A stretch of DNA of 64,000 nt from Haliotis rufescens. Lineage: Eukaryota. The notes under the pieces are model-generated. The model was not told the origin of the DNA, made no database searches, and was given only the letters and a program-made list of their open reading frames with translations. The stretch's first letter is position 1; every line of letters starts with the position of its first letter. The position numbers and the translations under genes are program-made. This document shows positions 36,605 to 50,211 of the stretch, in pieces. The stretch covers positions 248,001 through 312,000 of the forward strand of contig NW_025964002.1 of NCBI RefSeq assembly GCF_023055435.1, read 5' to 3'.

Positions 36605-37530
36605 ATGGCCAGCCATTATGTCAGAAAATAAAGTTGCTGATGTGTATGGAGAAAACACCATCAACAGGTTAGCGCATTCGCTCCGAGGTGACTGCACACG
36701 AGTCGGATATTGATATCAAGAGGCAGAGTAACCTGCTAAGTCCAGACCTGGATATCTCGGACACATCTCTGACAATGCAAGTCTCAAGCAGTGACGATAT
36801 ATACAGTATATTTCACGATAAACTACTCAGCGTTCTGAAGAGTAAAGACGTTATGTCAGCTATCTGCAGTACAGTTGCCGAGGTAATCAGGCCCGGGCCC
36901 TGGCAGGAAATGGAGACGCTAATCTCGAACAGTAAAGAAATGGAAAGTAACATTCAATCACTGAACAATATACTGGACGAGAAGAACCTAATAATCCAAA
37001 ATCTAAATTATCGCCTAGATCGAAGCGAACAATACTATTCGCATTACAGGCATCACCGAACAAGAGGGAGAGAGTACTGATGATATCGTCATCGATATCT
37101 CGAAATCAATAGGAATGGATGTATCCCCAGGAGATATCGACAACAGTCACAGGTTACCCAGGCGACGTGCTGCCCCCCAGGAGAGACACCGCCCGATCAT
37201 CGTCAGGTTGGTGAGTAACGCGACAAAGCGCTCGCTTCTTCAATCCAGAACAAAACTAAGACTTGTGAAACGCGACCCAAATACGCCCAGAACTTTTATC
37301 AATGAAGATCTGACGAAACCAAGGGCTGATATTGCCATACAAGCACGACGATTAGTTTCCGAGGAAAGGTTCGAATCTACTTGGGTCACCGGTGGAGTAA
37401 TCCTCATTTATCTAAGGACGGGAGCGTGAAAAAAGTTGCTAATAACGCTCAGTTTGAGAAAGTGATCGAAGCAACAGAGCTTAAAATGGTTATCTCCCTT
37501 AGCCAAGACAAAATGATTGACCATTCATAG
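36605..37530 (+). pseudogene. L1-like ORF1 (coiled coil + RRM/CTD) of a LINE, frameshifted
   Basis: Coiled coil ..LDRSEQY; DIDNSHRL, RPIIVRL, FINEDLTK, STWVTGG motifs. Confidence 0.85.
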
Positions 37531-38544
37531 TGAAATATGTGTAACAATTGAACTAAAACTATTACATGTGCCATTTAACTGTTTCCTTAAGTTGTGATTA
37601 GGACTTATAACAATAAACTGGAGTACTGATGATATATTTGCTTCAAACTGAACTTCACAAATGTTTACTCATCCAGTGGGACTCTATCTATGACGTGATT
37701 ATAGCCAGTCAAAAACTACTGAGATATCAGGTTCCGTTGTGAATTCTTCCTGTGATTTTACCAAATCAGAAGTATTATATCAATGTATTGATAATAAGAT
37801 ACATACATTGAAATCTACAATCTCTCACAAAACATTAATGCAATGTGTGTCTTCAGATTATGTCTTCATATTGTCACGAGTAAATTGTCATGTAAATTCA
37901 ACAAGTAGAAAACCTTGGAACTATTGAACCATAACTACTCAACATCAATGTATGTGGTTTGATCTATATCATTTCGTACTTCATGATGTTACCTTCACAA
38001 GTGACGTGAGCACACCCAGGGATTAAATCTTTGAAGTTGTTCAGTCATACGTGCTCAACATAAGTGTGTATGTTATGTTATGTTTGTTATATTCCATTTA
38101 ATGTGAATTTAAATGTTGAACCCACTTATTTAGATGTATAACGGACTTAAGTTATTTTGTTTGGTTTGCTGAAGGTGTATGCAAACTGAGATATATTTTC
38201 TCTTATTTAACTAAGCACTATTTTTGTATGATCTACCTAGAAGTGGATCAGACCAAACAGTAGAATATTTTGCACACACTTGGATTTTGTTTTATTTTTT
38301 GTTTAAATTCTAAACTGAATAGTTTAATACACTGTGGCTACTCGAATATTTTTTCCTATAAAAAAAGATCGATAAAAAAAATAGGAAAAAGAAAATGAAT
38401 AAAAAAAATTGTGCAGGTAAAGGTAAAAGGTGTGCATGTGTGCGCTTGTATAAATATGTGTGTAGGTATGTAGTTATGTATGATAGTGGGGCAGGCAATG
38501 TGTGCATGTGTGCCGTAATTCAACATAGTATTTTAGATCTTCCA

Positions 38545-41500
38545 CATATTCAATGAGTATTATCACCTTAACGACGGTCAGAAGCCAGTGTGTGTTCGGG
38601 GATCCACATCCCTTGTTTGTATCACGTGTCAACAAGCAGATGTCCACGCGCTGTCCTGTTGTACCCTCGTCGGTTCATGCACGTGCATCTCGGTATACAC
38701 GGACGGACCTCAATCATTACCGTCACGTGACACCTGATCTGTTACCAGTTGGATTGTCCACAAAATTACTTTAATGCAGATTACCCAATTGATCTGCTTT
38801 ATTATTTTTTTTTTTCAATATGATTCTTCAACCGACAATTTCGGTTGATGTATAAAGATTTTGTTTATGTTTCAAATGTTCATTTTATGTTTGTCATGAT
38901 TTGTCTTTGAGTGTTGTGACATTCTTTCGCTCTGTAGTGTTCACTCAGCTTTCTATTGTCAGTATTTTGTTATATCTAGTGCACTTCAGCATTGCAAACT
39001 TATACTTCGCGCGTAACCTCCCCGCCTGCCTCTGAAGAAAACAAACATATTCTGTAACAAATGATGCCAGTTGATACAGCGCATTATAGACAGGCGGTGT
39101 GGTTATTTGCTTCTAATCTTTACAGAAAAGCACCTTGCAATTTTACTAAGTACTTGTTGTTTCTCTCTTCCTGTTGTATCTATAAGCTAAGGACGTCTAT
39201 AATAGTAGTGATACTTCTCTTATGTTGTGGGGATGTTCACCCAAACCATGGGCCAGTAATATATGGTAATTTAAAGATTGTTCATCTAAATGTAAGGCGT
39301 TTAAAGGACAAGGTGGATCTACTCTGCACTGAATTTCATTCATACGATATTATTTGCTTCACCGAAACTTGACTGCATGACGGCATACCTACTGTTGATA
39401 TTTCAATTCCAGGTTTCAATTTGTCAATTAGAAAAGGTGGACCATATCGAGGCGGGGGTGTAGCTATATACTAGTATGTAAAAAACAATTTATATGTTAT
39501 AAACATGGATCATCTGTGCGCAAATGGACTCGAAGCATTATGGGTACAGGTAAGATGCAAGACCAGTAAATACGTAGTAGGGACATTATATATGGCAGAT
39601 AAAATCAAGGCTTACTGGGAGTTGATAGATCAGTCAATATGTAACGCAATAGATTTGAATATACCAACTATTATAACTGGGGACAGTAATCTAGATATTC
39701 TTAGAGAAAGTAAGAACAAATCAGATCACTTAAGCAATATATTTGTTGACCCAAATTATAACTGAGCCCATCAGGATTACACCTACCTCCAGAACTTTGA
39801 TTGATTTATTGTTCGTGACTAATGTAGACAGTGTGTGGAGTTTGGGTGTATCCGATCCTATATGCAGTGATCATTGTCCCATATTCGTAAAAATTAAGGA
39901 AACATACCTAGCAATGCAAATTTTAAAAGAAAAATCTACATTTACAACATGGCTGAAAATGAAGAAATTATTGATAGCTTAACTGAGACAAAGTGGGATC
40001 ATTTGTTATCATCCAGAAATGTTGACGTTATGGTAGAATGTTTTACCCGGACAATTATTGACGTATGTAATAATCATATTCCTAACAAATGTGTAACAAT
40101 TAGACCTAATGATCATATTCAATGAGTATTATCACCTTAACGACGGTCAGAAGCCAGTGTGTGTTCGGGGATCCACATCCCTTGTTTGTATCACGTGTCA
40201 ACAAGCAGATGTCCACGCGCTGTCCTGTTGTACCCTCGTCGGTTCATGCACGTGCATCTCGGTATACACGGACGGACCTCAATCATTACCGTCACGTGAC
40301 ACCTGATCTGTTACCAGTTGGATTGTCCACAAAATTACTTTAATGCAGATTACCCAATTGATCTGCTTTATTATTTTTTTTTTTCAATATGATTCTTCAA
40401 CCGACAATTTCGGTTGATGTATAAAGATTTTGTTTATGTTTCAAATGTTCATTTTATGTTTGTCATGATTTGTCTTTGAGTGTTGTGACATTCTTTCGCT
40501 CTGTAGTGTTCACTCAGCTTTCTATTGTCAGTATTTTGTTATATCTAGTGCACTTCAGCATTGCAAACTTATACTTCGCGCGTAACCTCCCCGCCTGCCT
40601 CTGAAGAAAACAAACATATTCTGTAACAAATGATGCCAGTTGATACAGCGCATTATAGACAGGCGGTGTGGTTATTTGCTTCTAATCTTTACAGAAAAGC
40701 ACCTTGCAATTTTACTAAGTACTTGTTGTTTCTCTCTTCCTGTTGTATCTATAAGCTAAGGACGTCTATAATAGTAGTGATACTTCTCTTATGTTGTGGG
40801 GATGTTCACCCAAACCATGGGCCAGTAATATATGGTAATTTAAAGATTGTTCATCTAAATGTAAGGCGTTTAAAGGACAAGGTGGATCTACTCTGCACTG
40901 AATTTCATTCATACGATATTATTTGCTTCACCGAAACTTGACTGCATGACGGCATACCTACTGTTGATATTTCAATTCCAGGTTTCAATTTGTCAATTAG
41001 AAAAGGTGGACCATATCGAGGCGGGGGTGTAGCTATATACTAGTATGTAAAAAACAATTTATATGTTATAAACATGGATCATCTGTGCGCAAATGGACTC
41101 GAAGCATTATGGGTACAGGTAAGATGCAAGACCAGTAAATACGTAGTAGGGACATTATATATGGCAGATAAAATCAAGGCTTACTGGGAGTTGATAGATC
41201 AGTCAATATGTAACGCAATAGATTTGAATATACCAACTATTATAACTGGGGACAGTAATCTAGATATTCTTAGAGAAAGTAAGAACAAATCAGATCACTT
41301 AAGCAATATATTTGTTGACCCAAATTATAACTGAGCCCATCAGGATTACACCTACCTCCAGAACTTTGATTGATTTATTGTTCGTGACTAATGTAGACAG
41401 TGTGTGGAGTTTGGGTGTATCCGATCCTATATGCAGTGATCATTGTCCCATATTCGTAAAAATTAAGGAAACATACCTAGCAATGCAAATTTTAAAAGAA

Positions 41501-43251
41501 AAATCTACATTTACAACATGGCTGAAAATGAAGAAATTATTGATAGCTTAACTGAGACAAAGTGGGATCATTTGTTATCATCCAGAAATGTTGACGTTAT
41601 GGTAGAATGTTTTACCCGGACAATTATTGACGTATGTAATAATCATATTCCTAACAAATGTGTAACAATTAGACCTAATGATCATATTCAATGAGTATTA
41701 TCACCTTAACGACGGTCAGAAGCCAGTGTGTGTTCGGGGATCCACATCCCTTGTTTGTATCACGTGTCAACAAGCAGATGTCCACGCGCTGTCCTGTTGT
41801 ACCCTCGTCGGTTCATGCACGTGCATCTCGGTATACACGGACGGACCTCAATCATTACCGTCACGTGACACCTGATCTGTTACCAGTTGGATTGTCCACA
41901 AAATTACTTTAATGCAGATTACCCAATTGATCTGCTTTATTATTTTTTTTTTTCAATATGATTCTTCAACCGACAATTTCGGTTGATGTATAAAGATTTT
42001 GTTTATGTTTCAAATGTTCATTTTATGTTTGTCATGATTTGTCTTTGAGTGTTGTGACATTCTTTCGCTCTGTAGTGTTCACTCAGCTTTCTATTGTCAG
42101 TATTTTGTTATATCTAGTGCACTTCAGCATTGCAAACTTATACTTCGCGCGTAACCTCCCCGCCTGCCTCTGAAGAAAACAAACATATTCTGTAACAAAT
42201 GATGCCAGTTGATACAGCGCATTATAGACAGGCGGTGTGGTTATTTGCTTCTAATCTTTACAGAAAAGCACCTTGCAATTTTACTAAGTACTTGTTGTTT
42301 CTCTCTTCCTGTTGTATCTATAAGCTAAGGACGTCTATAATAGTAGTGATACTTCTCTTATGTTGTGGGGATGTTCACCCAAACCATGGGCCAGTAATAT
42401 ATGGTAATTTAAAGATTGTTCATCTAAATGTAAGGCGTTTAAAGGACAAGGTGGATCTACTCTGCACTGAATTTCATTCATACGATATTATTTGCTTCAC
42501 CGAAACTTGACTGCATGACGGCATACCTACTGTTGATATTTCAATTCCAGGTTTCAATTTGTCAATTAGAAAAGGTGGACCATATCGAGGCGGGGGTGTA
42601 GCTATATACTAGTATGTAAAAAACAATTTATATGTTATAAACATGGATCATCTGTGCGCAAATGGACTCGAAGCATTATGGGTACAGGTAAGATGCAAGA
42701 CCAGTAAATACGTAGTAGGGACATTATATATGGCAGATAAAATCAAGGCTTACTGGGAGTTGATAGATCAGTCAATATGTAACGCAATAGATTTGAATAT
42801 ACCAACTATTATAACTGGGGACAGTAATCTAGATATTCTTAGAGAAAGTAAGAACAAATCAGATCACTTAAGCAATATATTTGTTGACCCAAATTATAAC
42901 TGAGCCCATCAGGATTACACCTACCTCCAGAACTTTGATTGATTTATTGTTCGTGACTAATGTAGACAGTGTGTGGAGTTTGGGTGTATCCGATCCTATA
43001 TGCAGTGATCATTGTCCCATATTCGTAAAAATTAAGGAAACATACCTAGCAATGCAAATTTTAAAAGAAAAATCTACATTTACAACATGGCCGAAAATGA
43101 AGAAATTATTGATAGCTTAACTGAGACAAAGTGGGATCATTTGTTATCATCCAGAAATGTTGACGTTATGGTAGAATGTTTTACCCAGACAATTATTGAC
43201 GTATGTAATAATCATATTCCTAACAAATGTGTAACAATTAGACCTAATGAT
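38545..43251 (+). repeat. Tandem triplication, 3 x 1,569 bp
   Basis: Units 38545-40113, 40114-41682, 41683-43251; identical ORF sets offset by 1569. Confidence 0.98.
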
Positions 43252-45722
43252 CCACTATGGATCACTAGTGAGATACGTCGACTGATCAGGAAACGTAACA
43301 GAATTCATAAGGTTGCTAAAAAGCAAACTCAGATTCTGACTGGACTAATTTTCGTCAAATAAGAAACCGTGTTATCTGCTTTGTTCGCACTGCAAAGAAG
43401 AAATATGTACTCAAGATTGATAGTAAGATTAATGATGCGTACGGTGAAAAAGTATGGTCGCGGCTAGTGAAAAAACTATTTAAGGGGCACCAGTAATACA
43501 AAATTCCCTCCCATTAATTATCACGATATACTATATGATGATACAAGAGATATTGCAAATGTTATGAACAATTATTTCTCTGACCAGGCATCTGTTAAAT
43601 ATCCTGATACAATTCTCCCTAATATTAAGCTTAAAACAGAATAATCGCTCTCTACTATCATTCTAACAACAAAGGAAGTTCAAGACGTTGTTGATGTAAC
43701 TAAAGCAATAGGGCCCGATGGTATCGGCAATAGATTATTGAAATTAAGTGCTTCGGCGATATCATATCCACTGGTTAAATTGTTTTACGTATCCCTGGAT
43801 AAGTCTACTTTTCCGGTAAGTTGGAAAGAAGCTTCAGTGGTACAATGTACCTGTTCAACAGAAAGGTAATATTACTGAATGTAGTAATTATAGACCTATA
43901 ATTGTGTGGCTGAAATATTCGAAAAATGCGTTTTTAAATATGTTTTTAATTACTTAAGAGATAATAATTTGCTTACAAATCTTCAATCGGGTTTCATGCC
44001 AGGAGATTTTACTGCTTTTGATTTGATTTTTTATTGCCAGAGAATTGGATAAAGGCAAAGAAATCAGAGCAGTCTTTCGCGAAATTAGTAGGACCTTTGA
44101 TAAAGTTTGGCATAAAGGCATTATCCATACACTCAAATCCTATGGTATTGAAGGGAAATTGTTGAGATGGTATTAAAGCTCCCTAAAACATAGCTGCCAA
44201 CAGGTTGTTATCAAAGGGTACATTTTAGACTTACGACCAGTTACGGCCGGAGTTCCACAAGGGTCAGTTTTAGGACCGCTACTGTTTCTAATTTTCATAA
44301 ACAACATTATAGACGGTATTGATAGTAATATTAGACTGTTTGCCGATGACACATCCCTATATGTCGTGGTAAATTATCCGAATACAGCAGCACATTGTCA
44401 GAATAACGTAAAATATTCTCTTGGGCAGAAAACTGACAGGTCGACTTCAACCCAATAAAACAGTATCTGTTCAATTTTCCCGGAACATTCTTCCTAATGT
44501 AAAACCAATTTTGAAAATGAGAAACACTACTGTTCAGGAAGTTCTTTTTCATAAACATCTAGGACTTACTCTTTAAGAAGATTGTATGTGGAACGATCAC
44601 ATTGATAGCCTAGTCAAGAAAGTCAGTTCATTGAGTCACTGTCTCAGGAGTTTCAAGTATCGTTTAAATAGAAAAAGCACTGGAAACTATGTATGAATCT
44701 TTCATATTACCGATATTTGATTATTGTTGCCACATATGGGACAACTGCACAAAAGAACAGGCGTTACTACTTGAAAGACTGAATCTAGATGTACTCAGCA
44801 CTATTTGTGGGGCTGGTCGTGATACGAGTTACGGTAAACTTTAAAAAGAAACAATTCTTACGTCATTAGAAGAAAGAAGGCAAGTAAAATATCTTTTATA
44901 AAATGGTTAACAATCTAGTACCAGATTATCTCTCATCCTTAGTTACAAATAGAGTGCCGGATGCAAGTGATTATTACTTGAGAAACTGCTCACAGCTGCA
45001 AAACAAAGTGTAAAACAAATAATTATGCCAAATCATTTATTCCAGATACAGTTAATATTTGGAACTTACTACCTATTGAATACACCAATGCCAGTATCTT
45101 AGGAAGTTCTAAAAGTTTTATAAAAATCAATGATAAGAAATGTAAAGTATGGATCAAGATTCTGTCAGGTTATACACTCCCGTCTCAGGCTTGGCAGCAG
45201 TGATCGTTACGCCGACAAAGATGCCACATTTATATCCGACAGATCGAGATGTTGTTGTGGCTATCATACGGAAGATGCACTTCATTTCTTTCTTAGGTGT
45301 CCCTTAAACAGTACAGTAAGGCAAAATATGTAATATGTCGTAAAACGCTACGATCTAAATTCAATTCTAAATGGTAAATCACATTTAACGACAGTAACAA
45401 ATCTTGAAATTTTGAAATCAGTGCACAGTTTTATTCTATCTTTAGAGATTTTGTCTGAGATGTTGGCTTTGCTATATGAAACTGCGTTATTGTTGTGCTG
45501 GATGTAAATAATAACGTAACTGTAGTTACGAAAGATAACCCAGTAATTAAAAACTTACAGAACAGTACTCATCTTTAATGCCAATTATATAATGTATGCT
45601 ATTTCTCATGTCACTTTAAATACATCGTAATTTGTATATGTATCATGTTTGGGAGAGGCTTTCAGATAAGCCAAATTGACTTCGGCCAATCCCTGTACTT
45701 TATGGAGATAAATATGTTTATA
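38545..45722 (+). mobile_element. Decayed CR1-group LINE (2A-like peptide, APE, RT), 5' half triplicated
   Basis: HLNVR..CFTET, TGDSN, LIDL, SDHCPI; PWIT-like LWITSEI; QSGF, FDKVWH, GVPQGSVLGPLLF, LFADDT; terminal CCCG..EDALHFFLRCP; 3' end AAATATGTTTA. Confidence 0.93.
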
Positions 45723-45744
45723 TCACAGTATCAAAAAGTCTCTG

Positions 45745-45870
45745 TACAGCAACGAAGCGCGACCTTTCTAGCTAAGTTAATCTACCTATCTCCCCTTACC
45801 CCTTAATGCATACTTTTTCTCTCATTGGTCAAACTATTTATAATTGTTTATACCAATCCCTCATCAAGTC

Positions 45871-45901
<31 letters not shown>

Positions 45902-48855
45902 ACATCACCCCACTCACGCTTCACCACACCCATCAATAGCAAAAAACACTTCCCAGGTCCCACTCCACACACAATACAAACTCCGACCCCGTTCACAACA
46001 AACACACCCTACAACAACAACCAAACAAAAACACATTCTTCTAGCTTTCTCAACCATATCCACGCCACTCAATGACATATACTCAATTAATAAATCCACA
46101 CCCTACAAATACGTTAACAACTCACAAGACACGCTAAATCATGCACGCAAACACCCAAGCATCGACAGACTCAACTTTACATGGCAGACACCAAAATGGC
46201 TGACACAGATCCAAGGTGTCCTACATAGAGACCACAGGGACACACAAGAAGGCATTACAGAGTACGTCCATGCGCGTTGCAAACAAACTCATAACCCAAC
46301 CACAGATCACAGATTTCAAGTACATAAAGAGCAGAACACCAATCCCAGGCAGGCCCACCACACAAACAGTATTCTTAACCTTCAAATCTACCACATTACC
46401 AACTCACATAGTTTTCGGTGCATTAGGAAACATCCATCATAATGGAACATATGTCACGCATTTACACACACAACAGCAACATACACACAACCGCCCATGT
46501 GCCAGAAATGTGGACCGTTTAGACATGAAGCCATTGAGTGCACATGGGCCCCATCCTGCATTCACTGCGACTCAGAGGGTCATACTGCTACCCAAAATAC
46601 CTGCTGAATCCAACATCCATAATCAGCCTACTAGATGCCTCACTAGCCACATCCAAACACCAACAGCAGTTGACCTATCCATACAAACTATTAATCTATA
46701 CCCAAAACCTAGCTGGGAAGGACATTCAGATACATGGGGCAGCGACCTAAACCCAAACTCCCCTCTAAATAATATTACCCAGCAAAGAAAATTCAATAAA
46801 ATTCAATAAATCAACATCCATGACATACACAGTCCAGACAACGACATCTTCAACACAAATTCCACGCATACAATACCTGACAAAGCATCCAAATGCATCC
46901 CCACAACATCAACAAACCTGGCAAACACACCTGTACTATGGTGGAGCACAGAGATGATTAAATCAAGAAAACTAAGGGGAAAGGCATTAAATAAAGCTAA
47001 ACGTGACATCACTAAAATCCCTTTGGCAAGAAAACTTAGAAACTCAACGGAAGAACTCAAAAGAGCAGTCAAAAGTAAACGTTGGGAAACGTTCACCAGC
47101 ACTTTGAAAATGGGCAAACAAAACACTTAAATGCTGTGGAAAAAATGAAAGCCATCAAAGGATTTTCACAAACATTCACTGCCCCAAATATTCTGAGCCT
47201 CAACACTAATTAGGAAAATGGTAATGCCATGGCTTCTCACTTTTCGGCCTCGAGCAGCTCCGCCAACCACACTAAACATATACAAAACACAATAAAAACA
47301 ACAACCCAATTACACAGCCAGACCACCCCACATCCACCTACCATTCAACAAATTTATAAATCTACATGAATTACAGTCTGCATTAAGACACAAGAACACA
47401 GCCCCAGCTACAGGCTCAGACAAAATATGTTACATAATACTAAATCATCCGCCAGTCAAAATTCAACAATTACTCCTACAACTACACAATCAGATTTGAA
47501 CCCCCGGAACAATACCTAAAACCTGGAAATCTGCTTTAATAGAAACGGTTCTTAAACCAGGGACCCCCAATTTACCACCCAAACTTACACTAAATAATGA
47601 AATTATCACTATCCAAAAAGACGCAAAGTTTCTAGGAATCACTCTTGAACAACAATTCACACATTGATAACTTGGTCAACTCATGTCTTAAAGAAATTAA
47701 CCTTATGAGAGCCGGTGCTATGGTGCTCCGGCCCTCCATTCTGTCACTGAAAAACTTGACAAAAAACTAAATTCTATTCAGTATAAAGCAGTAAAAATAG
47801 CACTGGCTGTCAGAGGCGGTACTTCACTCAACGCATTATTAACATTGTCAGGCATCACATCAACACAACTCAGACGCAATCAAACCACACTCAACTACTG
47901 GGCCGGAGCACAACAAAACCCAATCTACAAACACATCAGCCACAAATATCAGAACTTAAGACCTGCAATGCTTAAAAAAATTAAGGATAAATAAACCCAT
48001 TTTCTTCTTATTATTTCTGACTCTTTAGGCTCGATAAAACAAATTCAAACTTAACACTGGAAATAACGTCCAGACATTATAAACAATATCGTAGACATAA
48101 ATTCCATGTTGACATCAAAAAAATAAAAAATAACATAATTGGATACCCGTTCACACAGGCATACAGGGGAATAACCTTGCAGATCTGGCAGCAAAATCAG
48201 TAACCACACACCCATCCCCCATAATAAACTTCAGCACCAGTAAATCCGAAATTAAATCACTTACATGTATCACCAAAAAAACACACATAAAAAGTCAAAA
48301 TTTCCAAATTAATACTAAAAATAGTAAATCCACATGGACAAAGTCCCTTTTTCAAATAAGCCAGTTACAAAATGCCGCAAGTTTACGAAGTCGGTCCTTA
48401 CAGATAAAGTAATAAATAGAATCCATAGCACTATAGCTAGATTCCTTAAATACACTAATACACCAAGGCCACTGCTAGCCGGCCACCGACACACACACTC
48501 ACGCCTGACCCCCCGCAACTAGTCCCCGGGTTTGTAAGTATAGGTTACTCAGTTATCGTCTTCTTCTTTTTTATTAATCTAATCTATATATATAAACCTA
48601 TATAACGACATTACTCAATACTTAATACTATTGTATTTTATGTTACAGATTAGGCCTCCTCACAGCTCTTCATTGCCTTTAACTTCTCTGATGCCCCCAA
48701 ACCCTCTTTATTATTTTCATTTTCTAAACTTTACAGTTTGTGGGGCCAGACGTTTACTCATTCTTGCCCATTATTCATAATTAACTTAAAACCCGACTGG
48801 CCCTGACTGCGACATAGCCAATGGCTGAAGCGGTCGTAAAATCCCCCAAAACAGA
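45745..48855 (+). mobile_element. I/Nimb-clade LINE with multiple internal deletions
   Basis: gag-like TVFLTFKSTTLP and CQKCGPFRHEAIEC knuckle (~46500); WWS, ATGSDKI, WKSALI..VLKPG jumping straight to KFLGI; RNase H SDSLGS and HTGIQGNNLADLAAK. Confidence 0.8.
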
Positions 48856-49408
48856 CGTGTCTATTCAGCATTATTGCCGTGGCGCAGCAAACAATTGAAT
48901 GAACAAAATAATGGTAGTGGTCACGCGACTGACAGGACATTTGCTAAATTAACAACTCTTAGAAATCTTACAGGAAATGTGTTTGATAAAGACAGCTGCC
49001 ACTACATCACATCATAGTATTTACATCATATGAGTAGAGTAAACTGTACATTACTTGGTGATTTACGTATGTATTGTCTAAATGTGGCAACTATTTCTTT
49101 CTTTGGTCAGCTAAGCTTCACAGATAACAGAACATGGAACTCGACTCAATAAACCCATATTTACAACATGTACAAACACGATATGAATAGTCCATGTCTT
49201 TGTTCTTCCCTATGTGTATTTTTAACAAGGTAAAGAGATTCTAAACTTACATTTCACGCGTAGATGGGATTTATCATTTAATGTTAACTATTTCCAAGGT
49301 TCAAACAGATTTAAAGGAAGCATGATGGGAAATAAAGCGAGGAGATCTCATACTTTCCCGCCGATCCCGAACGGAAATATCACCGAGTCTTTGTTTAAAA
49401 GTAGAAAC

Positions 49409-49620
49409 ACATGATAACTCCTCACCAACACATGATAACTCCTCCCCAACACATGATAACTCCTCCCCAACACATGATAACTCCTCCCCAACACATGATA
49501 ACTCCTCCCCGACACATGATAACTCCTCCCCAACACATGATAACTCCTCCCCGACACATGATAACTCCTCCCCGACACATGATAACTCCTCCCCAACACA
49601 TGATAACTCCTCCCCGACAT
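49409..49620. repeat. 21-bp minisatellite, 10 copies
   Basis: Unit ACATGATAACTCCTCCCC(A/G)AC. Confidence 0.97.
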
Positions 49621-49962
49621 CTTGGGCAATCCAAAGAGGAAAAGCCACAAGAAAATAATAATATTCTGACATCGGATGCATCTTTGCCTTTATCATCTAA
49701 AGATACCAGCAATCCGGCAACTCTGGTACGGATAACGACAATGTGATGATATACAAGCAAGTTTATTCCAATAGTTAATTACTTCCATCTAGGTTTCCTC
49801 CATCATAGCCTTATTTGAAGCCAACTTTCCAACAGCAAGAAGTCTTTAAAATATGAGCAGCACGCGTTTTGCAGGCCACTGACCAATTTAACCGAGAGGA
49901 AAACATTAAACCTACATATTTATGATAGGAAACAACTCTTATATTTACAAATATATACCGAC

Positions 49963-50211
49963 CGACCCGTGAAGATCCGGGATAGAATAGGTCTTCAGCA
50001 ACCCATGCTTGCTGTAAAAGGCGACTGTGTTTGTCGTAAGAGGCGGCTACTGGGATCGGGTGGTCAGGCTCGCTGACTTGGTTGATGCAGGACATCGTAT
50101 CCCAATTACGTGGATCAATGCTCATGATGTCAATCACTAGATTGTCTGGTCAAAACTCGATTATATACAGACCGCCGTCATATTGCTTGGTGCACCGTTA
50201 AAAACAAACAA
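49963..50211 (+). mobile_element. SINE family B
   Basis: Full head GACCCGTGAAGATCCGG; small deletion in the 3' module. Confidence 0.9.

Noticed and set aside
45825-46809. Long His/Thr/Pro-rich ORFs as novel proteins
   Set aside because: They result from A/C-rich decayed Nimb ORF1 sequence; real motifs switch between frames.
49301-49760. Repeat proteins (CVGEELS, HMITPPQ, CWGGVIM) and 57145-57627 (PSPKHPSISQ)
   Set aside because: Open in several frames only because the minisatellite units lack stops; no splice or other gene evidence.
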